DNA from: Parasutterella excrementihominis
GTDB taxonomy: Bacteria; Bacillota_I; Bacilli_A; RFN20; CAG-826
Direction: 5' to 3'
Length of the DNA: 64,000 nt
Assembly: GCA_963614595.1 (NCBI GenBank)
Contig: CAVECL010000006.1
Location: forward strand, 120-64,119
A model generated the notes under the pieces. The model was given only the letters and a program-made list of their open reading frames with translations, did no database searches and had not been told where the DNA came from. Made by a program: the position numbers and the translations under genes. Below, piece after piece: positions 55,109 to 62,711 of this stretch; the stretch's first letter is position 1; the number at the start of each line of letters is the position of its first letter.

Positions 55109-55122
55109 ATTTTGATGCTGAT

Positions 55123-56577
55123 TCAATAGGCTTTGCCGAAATAGACCTTCATCTTGGCTTTCTTGCCGCAACAAGGGCAAGTCGCGCCTTCATCCACCTC
55201 AGTCGTCGCGATGCAGCGCGTGCTCGCGCCGCCGGTGATCTCTTTGATGCGGTCTTCGCAGTCGGGTTCCCCACAAAAATCCATCTTCGCGAAGCCGCCT
55301 TTCGTATCGAGGACCTCTTTCATCTCCTCGATCGAAGAGACTTCGCAGATATGACCGTCAAGGTTTTCTTTGGCTTTCTGGTACATCGCCTCGTGAATCT
55401 CATCGAGGACAGAAGGGATTTGCTTCTCGATGTCTTCGATCTTAAGGGTTTGCTTAAGCCCATCCACGCGTCTAGTCAGCACAGCCTCGCCTTGTTCCAA
55501 GTCGCGGGGCCCCACCTCGATGCGAAGAGGGACGCCCTTCATCTCATATTGGGCGAACTTCCAGCCAGGGGTTCTTGAATCATCTTCATCTAAGTAGACG
55601 CGCACGCCTTCGGCTTTAATGACATCTCTCATCTTGCGGCAGGCTTCCAATACCCCAGGAGTCTGCATGCGGATGGGGACGATGACGACCTGAATCGGGG
55701 CGACGCGCGGAGGCAAAACGAGTCCGTTGTCATCGCCGTGCACCATGATGACCGCGCCGATAAGGCGGGTGGAGGCGCCCCAAGAGGTTTGATGGGGGGC
55801 TTCCAGCTTATTCTGTCTGCCGAGGAAATTAACCCCGAAGGCTTTGGTGAAGCCGGTCCCGAGATAATGGGAAGTGCCGGATTGCAGGGTTTTGCCATCG
55901 TGCATCAAAGCTTCGACGGTATAGGTATGGACGGCGCCGGCGAAGCGCTCATGCTTGGTCTTCTCGCCGGTAAGGAAAGGTATCGCCAAGAGATCTCTGC
56001 CAAGGTCTTCGTAGACCTCTCTTGCTTTCAAGGCGTTGTCCACCGCTTCTTGCTCGGTCTCGAAGATGCAGTGGCCTTCTTGCCAAAGGAACTCAGATCC
56101 CCTGAGGAAAGGACGGGTCGTTTTTTCCCAGCGGACCACTGAGCACCACTGGTTGTAGCACTTGGGGAGATCCCTATAGGAAGAGACGAGCCTCTTATAC
56201 AAATCCGTGAAAAGAATCTCGGAGGTCGGGCGGATGACAAGGGGGTCATCAAGTTTCTTGCCTCCCCCCATCGTCGCCACAAGCGTCTCGGGAGCGAAGC
56301 CCTCGACGTGCTCTTTTTCTTTATTGAACAATGAAGTGGGGATGACCATCGGGAGGTAGACGTTGCTGGAGCCTAAGTCCTCTTTGAAACGCTTATTGAG
56401 GTAATTCTGGATCTCCTCCCAAATCGCGTAGCTATAAGGGAGGTAGTCGATGAAGCCTTTGACGGAAGCATAGTCCATGAGCTCCGCCTTGCGGCAGACA
56501 TCCGTGTACCATTGGGCGAAATCGACGTCACGCGCGGTGATCGCGTCGTTCTTCTTGCTGCTATTGTTGTTTCCCAT
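55123..56577 (-). CDS. proS: Prolyl-tRNA synthetase, archaeal/eukaryote-like type
   Basis: 484 aa. Class II motifs, no bacterial INS editing domain, and a C-terminal zinc module CGEPDCE...CPCCGKKAKMKVYFGKAY. Confidence 0.93.
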   Translation of the reverse strand: MGNNNSSKKNDAITARDVDFAQWYTDVCRKAELMDYASVKGFIDYLPYSYAIWEEIQNYLNKRFKEDLGSSNVYLPMVIPTSLFNKEKEHVEGFAPETLVATMGGGKKLDDPLVIRPTSEILFTDLYKRLVSSYRDLPKCYNQWCSVVRWEKTTRPFLRGSEFLWQEGHCIFETEQEAVDNALKAREVYEDLGRDLLAIPFLTGEKTKHERFAGAVHTYTVEALMHDGKTLQSGTSHYLGTGFTKAFGVNFLGRQNKLEAPHQTSWGASTRLIGAVIMVHGDDNGLVLPPRVAPIQVVIVPIRMQTPGVLEACRKMRDVIKAEGVRVYLDEDDSRTPGWKFAQYEMKGVPLRIEVGPRDLEQGEAVLTRRVDGLKQTLKIEDIEKQIPSVLDEIHEAMYQKAKENLDGHICEVSSIEEMKEVLDTKGGFAKMDFCGEPDCEDRIKEITGGASTRCIATTEVDEGATCPCCGKKAKMKVYFGKAY

Positions 56578-56612
56578 GTTGAGTTGCCTTTCTGAAAACC
56601 GGGGGTAGTTTA

Positions 56613-58358
56613 CTACTTTTTCATGTCGTTGACTTTGCGGATTGCCTTGGGGGAGATGGGCAGTATCATCGCATCATAGGGCGCGAAGTCTTGGCTTGAG
56701 ATATAGTTCAGGCCTGAGCGGACCAAAATCTCGATCGGGCCCCAGCCCTGGATGTCCGTGGCGATGATGGGCTTATTGTACTTGAGCAGCTTCTCGACGA
56801 GCGCGTGGAGCTTGGCTCTGATGCGCGCGTCCATCTCCGAGGCGTTGCCGGAATTGGCGAAGGAGCAGACGAAATAATCGAAGCAAGAGTAAACGGTGGA
56901 AGGGAGGGATAACTCGGTCTTGTCTAGCAGCAAAGCCACCTCAAACCCCTTGGCCTTGATGCCCATGACGTCGTTGTTGATGCCGTTTGGGAAGCCGGGA
57001 TCCATGTGGCTCAAGAGGTCATTCTCGCCGAAAAGGAAGACAAGGTTCGCCTCTTTGGCTTTGGCGATGCGAGGAAAGACCGAAAGAAGATAGGATCTTT
57101 CTTCCGTGCGGATGTCCAAGAAGAGCTTCTCCTCGGGAGAAAGCCGCTCGCTCACGAAAAGGGGGATGACGTTCCTTGCGACCGTGGTGAAGAGCTCCTT
57201 ATCATCCTGCGTCCTCGCCGCATAATCCTTCAATTCCTCCATGGAATCGAAATAGGTGTCTTTCGGCTCGGCCTTAGCGAAATAGCCAACGGGTTTGCCT
57301 TCTTTGATCGAATAGATGGGGCGGAAAGAGTAGGCGAGTTTCTTCTCATTGATGATGCGCTCGACCTCGGTGCGGTAAGTCGAATCCTTGAGGAAGCCTT
57401 GATTTTCCTTCCCCTTCTCATACCAAACTATTGTTTGTTCTTCTTCGTAGGCAAGCTCCGCCATCTTCTGGGCTTCGGCGATGATGGTTTCGGCAGTGTC
57501 GGGATAAGCATAGTGTTCCACCGCTCCGCACCTTACCTCGATTTGACTAGAAAGCGCGTTCAACGAAAGGAAGCGGTTCGCAAGCACAAGCCCGCTCCGA
57601 GCAAGGAAAAGGGCTTTCGGCCTTTCGGTTATCTGGGTATCGCTGAGCATGAGCTCATTGCCAGAGCAGGCGATCAGAAATCCTTTAGGAGGCAGCAGAT
57701 AAGACAAGGCGTTCTTAAGCTGATTGAAAACCAAGGGATCGATCTCCCTGTCTTTTTTCTGAGTCTTTTTGTACAGGAAGCGATAAACGATCGAGACGCC
57801 TTTCTTCTTCCCTTTCGAATTCATCGCCTTCGCGAAGTCTTTCGACGTGGATAAGCCATGGTGGTTCACCCCGCTTGAGCCTGCTTTGCTCGAGGCCATG
57901 TATTTGAAAAGATAGGACTGCAGATGGAGGATCTTCCTTCTTGTATCCACCGCATCGGCCTGAAGCATTGAGAAATACTGCTTCTTGTCGAAGGTGTCGT
58001 TTACGTCGACTTCGAGGAAGTCGCTTTCATCCGCCACCCCGTCGGCGATCGCATTGATCCAATTCATGACCCTCTGTTGCTCAGAGAGAGGAAAGTGTCG
58101 GTAGAACTCGTTTAAACTCTCTTTTTTGACGTGGCCCACGTTGATTGCGTTGAAGTAAGAAACCGTATTCTGCGGTAAGTTGATCACGTAGACGCGCACG
58201 CTGTTGATCTTATCGAAAAGCTCTTTCTCGTAGGCTTTTCTGCGCTTGGCGTCGAGGCAAAAACTGATGATCACGAACAAAAGACCGAGAAAAATAACAA
58301 TGCCGGTCACCAGAAGCGGCCAATGTTTGGAAAGGAGTTCCGAGATTCTTTCGTTCAT
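56613..58358 (-). CDS. Membrane-anchored protein with degenerate GGDEF-like and EAL-like domains
   Basis: N-terminal TM helix. CSGNELML sits where RxGGDEF would be. FRPIYSIKEGKPVGYFAKAEP, ALLLDKTE and IIATDIQG replace the QPIv..EALxR, DDFGTG and AEGVE motifs. Confidence 0.55.
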   Translation of the reverse strand: MNERISELLSKHWPLLVTGIVIFLGLLFVIISFCLDAKRRKAYEKELFDKINSVRVYVINLPQNTVSYFNAINVGHVKKESLNEFYRHFPLSEQQRVMNWINAIADGVADESDFLEVDVNDTFDKKQYFSMLQADAVDTRRKILHLQSYLFKYMASSKAGSSGVNHHGLSTSKDFAKAMNSKGKKKGVSIVYRFLYKKTQKKDREIDPLVFNQLKNALSYLLPPKGFLIACSGNELMLSDTQITERPKALFLARSGLVLANRFLSLNALSSQIEVRCGAVEHYAYPDTAETIIAEAQKMAELAYEEEQTIVWYEKGKENQGFLKDSTYRTEVERIINEKKLAYSFRPIYSIKEGKPVGYFAKAEPKDTYFDSMEELKDYAARTQDDKELFTTVARNVIPLFVSERLSPEEKLFLDIRTEERSYLLSVFPRIAKAKEANLVFLFGENDLLSHMDPGFPNGINNDVMGIKAKGFEVALLLDKTELSLPSTVYSCFDYFVCSFANSGNASEMDARIRAKLHALVEKLLKYNKPIIATDIQGWGPIEILVRSGLNYISSQDFAPYDAMILPISPKAIRKVNDMKK

Positions 58359-58442
58359 GGGGGAAAGTGTACCACTTAGTGGTAACTAGAACAAAGAAAC
58401 GTTGCCTAGGAAAGCGAGGTAGGTGTATGATAACCGCGCTCC

Positions 58443-58534
58443 GGAGGAATACCCAAGCGGTCGAAGGGGTCAGTTTCGAAAACTGATAGTGGGGCCTTGC
58501 TCCAGCTGGGGTTCGAATCCCCATTCCTCCGCCA
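58443..58534 (+). tRNA. tRNA-Ser (anticodon CGA)
   Basis: Folded by hand. Acceptor GGAGGAA/TTCCTCC, anticodon loop UUCGAAA, long variable arm, T-loop TTCGAAT. CCA is encoded. Confidence 0.9.
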
Positions 58535-58636
58535 CCTTGAAACCACGCGAACGCTAAAGTTCGTTGCCGTAGACTGCTTGCAAAAAACAAGAAGTCACAT
58601 ATAGCCCTGTCCCTCCATGCGAATAACACAGTAAGT

Positions 58637-58664
58637 CCAATTTTTGACGCGCAGGAAAATTCCA
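58637..58664 (+). repeat. Left copy of a ~28-bp imperfect direct repeat
   Basis: CCAATTTTTGACGCGCAGGAAAATTCCA. The partner copy is at 61188..61218. Confidence 0.6.
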
Positions 58665-59000
58665 GCCATTCATGGGCTTTTTCTTTATGATTTGGCGGCA
58701 TCTCGTCACCTTGCGGGTCGAAATCGCGAACAAAATCAGGTCTTTGACGAAGCTCCGCCTGTCGATGTGGTGATTGCAGGCGAAGGCGAACAGATCACAC
58801 CAGCTTTGGGCGCCCTCCCTGGAATAGCCTCCGTGCGAGCGCATAGGGCTGAAGCCCGTTGACCTTCTTGAGCGGGTTTTTCGAATTCGGCAGGCCCTTC
58901 CTTTCCGAGGTCGGGTGGGATTCCCTCCTCAGGCCCAGCCTCTCCATCAACATTTTTAATAGATGCCGCCTTTAAGCTCTCAATACGCATGTTTAGATAA

Positions 59001-59068
59001 CGGGCAAAAGCCACTATGCGCATGCTTCAAGATAGTCAAAAATGCCACTATGCGCACTTTTGACACCA
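59001..59068 (+). repeat. Two 34-bp iteron-like units (core CCACTATGCGCA)
   Basis: Cores at 59011 and 59045, exactly 34 bp apart, each with an A-rich 5' flank and a T-rich 3' flank. Confidence 0.8.
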
Positions 59069-59129
59069 TGAGGCAAGGACAACGGCTACCCGAGCGTTTT
59101 GCTTCCCAACATTTGGCGAGAGGGGAAAA

Positions 59130-60491
59130 CTATATGCAAAATGCCATGTATGAAGGGATGCACAGGATGCCGTTTCCCTTTTTCGAGAGATTGCGCGGAT
59201 GGATAACAATGGCCTCATCAACCCTGTCTTTGAATTTTTCGACAAATCTGTTCAAAGATATCGTCGTGTATCTTTCCCCTGATTTAACCTCGATTGGGAT
59301 GATGCGGCTTTTCGCTTTGTTTCCGCTTGAGACAATGAAATCAATCTCAATGTCATTATGATGCTTTTCGAGAGAATAATGCGAATAAAAATAGAGTTTA
59401 TATCCTTTACTGGCGAGAGTTTGAGCAATCGCGTTCTCATAGAACATGCCTTCGTTGATGTTCAAATCGCCCAGGATTATCTCGCTGTAAACACGCTTGG
59501 CATCGTCGTCGTTCTCATCGAAAGTATGGCTCACCAAAAGGCCCGTGTCGCAAAAATAGCATTTGAGCGAGGAACGATCCTCATTAAGGGATAAGCCGAC
59601 GTTCGGGTCTTTGCAAAGGAAACATTCGTTCGCCATCGCGGAGTCATCGAGCCAAAAGAAAGCCTCTTCATAATTCTCGTATTTGCCCCCTTTCCTTATC
59701 TCGCTCAAAACGACTCGTCTATCGTGTCGGGAGAGAAAGCCTGGAAGTTGGTCGAAAAGGGAAAGTACTTTAGCGCGGTTAGCCGATTTGATCTTCATGA
59801 TATCGGCCCGGTAAAGCGAGAGGATGTCCCTTTTCTCCGCGTCCGCTTTCGAAAACGATCTACCACTTTCCAAGAAAGCGGAAACACTCATGGGCATCCC
59901 CCCAACGAGCACATATTGTCTCCAAAGCAGCATCGCTTTCTCGTGCAGCTCCCTAGGCAAAGCTTCTTTCTGCGCATACCGCGTCCTGATGAGCTCCGCG
60001 AGCGGCTTTTCCCCGAAAGCCCACAGGAATTCTTCAAAATCCATGGGGTGCATTTTTATGGAGCGTTCTTCCGAGGGAATGAGAATGCCCTCCGAGTTTT
60101 CGTGAATGGAAATGAGGGAGCCCGTCTCTATGTAGTCGTATCTGCCGTCTTTTACTAGGTGTTTTATGGCTTCCCTCGCCTTCGGGCAGTATTCGATTTC
60201 ATCAAAGATAACAAGCGATTTCCTCGGCGTAAGTTCCAACTTATAGGCGGCGAAAAGAAGCATGAACAAAACGTCAAGATCGGTGACATATTTCTCGAAG
60301 TACTCTTTCACTTCTTTCGAAGCCACCGAGAAGTCGATGAGCAGATAAGATTCGTACTCGTTTTTGCCAAAGGCCTCCACAATCGTGGATTTCCCGATTC
60401 GTCTCGCCCCTTCTATCAAAAGCGCTTTCGTCCCTTGCGTTTCGTTCTTCCAACGTAGCAATTTCTCATAAATTTTTCTTTTGAACTGCAT
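59130..60491 (-). CDS. COG1373-type AAA ATPase (AAA_14 + DUF4143-like architecture)
   Basis: 453 aa. The N-terminus KIYEKLLRWKNETQGTKALLIEGARRIGKSTIV is typical of this family. GGAGG SD lies upstream. Confidence 0.8.
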   Translation of the reverse strand: MQFKRKIYEKLLRWKNETQGTKALLIEGARRIGKSTIVEAFGKNEYESYLLIDFSVASKEVKEYFEKYVTDLDVLFMLLFAAYKLELTPRKSLVIFDEIEYCPKAREAIKHLVKDGRYDYIETGSLISIHENSEGILIPSEERSIKMHPMDFEEFLWAFGEKPLAELIRTRYAQKEALPRELHEKAMLLWRQYVLVGGMPMSVSAFLESGRSFSKADAEKRDILSLYRADIMKIKSANRAKVLSLFDQLPGFLSRHDRRVVLSEIRKGGKYENYEEAFFWLDDSAMANECFLCKDPNVGLSLNEDRSSLKCYFCDTGLLVSHTFDENDDDAKRVYSEIILGDLNINEGMFYENAIAQTLASKGYKLYFYSHYSLEKHHNDIEIDFIVSSGNKAKSRIIPIEVKSGERYTTISLNRFVEKFKDRVDEAIVIHPRNLSKKGNGILCIPSYMAFCI

Positions 60492-60521
60492 TAGGACACC
60501 TCCAATCTAGCCTTTATTATT

Positions 60522-60623
60522 CACAGAAAATCCACTATGCGCAAGTCTGGATATGTGCAAATATACCATTATACGCATACTTGAAAATAATTGAGAATGC
60601 CACTATGCGTGCTTTTGGGAGCA
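60522..60623 (+). repeat. Three 34-bp iteron-like units (same family as 59001..59068)
   Basis: Cores at 60532 (CCACTATGCGCA), 60566 (CCATTATACGCA) and 60600 (CCACTATGCGTG), spaced 34 bp apart. Confidence 0.8.
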
Positions 60624-60859
60624 ATTCAGTCAGAATAAAGAAATTTTATCTTGGATAAAAAAACAGCATGTCTTCTACGCTTTATGGCAATTGAAGAATT
60701 ACTCAACCATTGATTGCCAGGCCCGCGTTCACGACCGGAGGAAAAAATCTATCTGTATGGCTCCGCTGAAATCCAGCGGAGAACACGTCAGTAATAGACC
60801 GCATATGTGCTTCGTTTGTAGCATCTGAAAAAGAAGTCCTCAACCTTTAGGAGGAAGAC

Positions 60860-61054
60860 ATGTCCAAACGGAATAGACACAACAATACGAAGCATGAGAT
60901 CCGACGCAGTTTAATTTTTGTCGGCAAAAGTTTTTCAAACTTTGTTTGGGCAATCTTCTTATCGGCATTTTCTTCATCAAAGCCCCCACAGGCCCACGAA
61001 AGAAAAAAGGACAATTTTGCGAAAGGCGATTTTGTCAACGCGTTGGCAAAATAG
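60860..61054 (+). CDS. Possible small membrane protein (64 aa)
   Basis: AGGAGG lies 5 nt upstream of the ATG. Basic N-terminus followed by one hydrophobic segment (FSNFVWAIFLSAFSS). No homology recognised. Confidence 0.3.
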   Translation: MSKRNRHNNTKHEIRRSLIFVGKSFSNFVWAIFLSAFSSSKPPQAHERKKDNFAKGDFVNALAK

Positions 61055-61187
61055 AGGTTTCGCAAGTCCAAGGAGTGAAAAGGAAAATTTTGATTGGTAT
61101 TTTATGAGAAACGGCTCATTTCGAGCATCTCAAAGAAAGTGAATACCATCGATGAGAATGACGAAACATCGCGTTTCCAAATATGCA

Positions 61188-61218
61188 CCAATCGTTTTTT
61201 GACGCGCCGGGAAATCCA
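61188..61218 (+). repeat. Right copy of the ~28-bp imperfect direct repeat
   Basis: CCAATCGTTTTTTGACGCGCCGGGAAATCCA. It shares the 12-nt core TTTTTGACGCGC and its flanks with 58637..58664. Confidence 0.6.
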
Positions 61219-61756
61219 AAACCTGGCGAATGTCGTATCCCTGCTTTTTTAAGCCCGGAAACAGTACGCCCCTCTTCAAAGACTCAACGCAAAGAAGATG
61301 CGTGGAACGCCCGTGCTCGATAAGTTTTGAAGCGACGCGACAGGGATTTTCTTGCATTCGGCGTGCACAACATACTCAGTCTACATTTTCCTCAACGATT
61401 TTTACTTGAGCGCTTTTGAGCCCGCCCAAGATGGGTTCTTATCAAAGACGTCAAGGCTGACATTGTCGTTTTTCTCTAATCCGATGAATTTCTCGCCACC
61501 CTCAAAGAAAAGGTGACGGAAGCAAAAAAGACTCTTAAGATATAGCGATAAGCCCATCGGATCGAATTTCTATTACTTAGGCTTTTCTTCGCAGCCCCAC
61601 TTCGCGAATGCGCTCGAGAAATACGCGGATCGCTCTCCTAACGAATATGGAAAGAAACATTGAAAATAGATTATCTTCTCTCGGATATGACAGCGAGAAA
61701 ATTCCGAAAAAACCATCAATCGCTCGGAACTTATGAGGGTTTTGCGGCGTTATTCA

Positions 61757-62542
61757 TCAAAGAAGCATTTCCAAAGCCATCATCAAAACAAAGCCGATTA
61801 GAAAAGCCCATAGGCCATAATGCTCGAATCCGCCTTTCCTTGATTCTGGAAGAATCTCGTCAAGAGTGACATAGAACATAGCTCCCGCAGCAAAACTAAG
61901 AAGCCAAGGAGTGATAATAGATAGTTGAGCAAGAAACAATCCGGCAACGCCGAATAAGGGCTCCACGATCCCTGACATCACGCCCATAAGGAAAGATTTT
62001 CCCTTGCTTGTTCCTTCGCCATAAAGAGGGATCGAGACCGCCGCCCCTTCCGGAATATTTTGAATGGCGATCCCAATCGCCAAAGAAAGCGCGGCATATA
62101 TCGCTTCGCTTCCTCCCCCTTGCAAAGCCAGACCGCAGGCAAAGCCCACCGCTAAGCCCTCCGGGATATTATGAATCGTGACCGCCAAAAAGAACTTCGC
62201 GTTCCTGCTCATCCCGCTTCTAGGCCCTTCTTCGCAACCATTGTTCAAATGGAAATGCGGAACAACCTTGTCTAGAAGATAGAGCAAAACCCCGCCTAGC
62301 AAAAAGCCGAGAATGGGAGGCAAGTAAGAACAACCAGGGAACGCGGTTTTGCTCTGCTCAATCGAAGGCAAAAGCAGCCCGAAGAAAGAAGCGGCGATCA
62401 TGATGCCGCCCGCAAAGCCCAGGATAAGGTTATTGGCTTTCGCCCCGAATTTGCCGCGAAAGAAGAAAACGAAAGAACTTCCTAATGTCGTAGCTAGGAA
62501 GATGATTCCCAGAGAGATTGCGGATATCGTTATAGCGTTCAT
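61757..62542 (-). CDS. ZIP-family divalent metal (zinc) transporter
   Basis: 261 aa, 8 TM. Signature HNIPEGLAVG and QNIPEGAAVS. Confidence 0.88.
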   Translation of the reverse strand: MNAITISAISLGIIFLATTLGSSFVFFFRGKFGAKANNLILGFAGGIMIAASFFGLLLPSIEQSKTAFPGCSYLPPILGFLLGGVLLYLLDKVVPHFHLNNGCEEGPRSGMSRNAKFFLAVTIHNIPEGLAVGFACGLALQGGGSEAIYAALSLAIGIAIQNIPEGAAVSIPLYGEGTSKGKSFLMGVMSGIVEPLFGVAGLFLAQLSIITPWLLSFAAGAMFYVTLDEILPESRKGGFEHYGLWAFLIGFVLMMALEMLL

Positions 62543-62711
62543 CAGAGATTTCCTTTAAGAGTTAATTTATCTTAACTTATAGTAAACCAAATCTTCCTTT
62601 TTGCAACTGTTCGAAAAGCCCTTTGGACTACTCCCAACCGCTCTCTGATTTATATCTACAAGACAGGCTTGTTCCCTCGAAAAAGGCCACAAATGCTAAA
62701 ATAAGGCACTT

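Noticed and set aside
55036-56142. Plus-strand ORFs (180 and 134 aa) overlapping proS.
   Set aside because: They are antisense to an unambiguous ProRS gene and have no SD or motifs.
57006-57854. A 282-aa plus-strand ORF inside the GGDEF/EAL-like gene.
   Set aside because: Antisense shadow with Arg/Gly/Leu-rich composition. The minus-strand ORF spans the whole interval.
58554-59023. ORFs of 95-96 aa immediately downstream of tRNA-Ser, considered as possible integrase remnants.
   Set aside because: No tyrosine- or serine-recombinase motifs are recognisable. They are treated only as part of the degraded island.
59001-60623. Possible CRISPR array, suggested by the regular 34-bp periodicity.
   Set aside because: There are only 2+3 units, they are contiguous with no spacers, the conserved core is only 12 nt, a protein gene sits between the two sets, and no cas genes are present.
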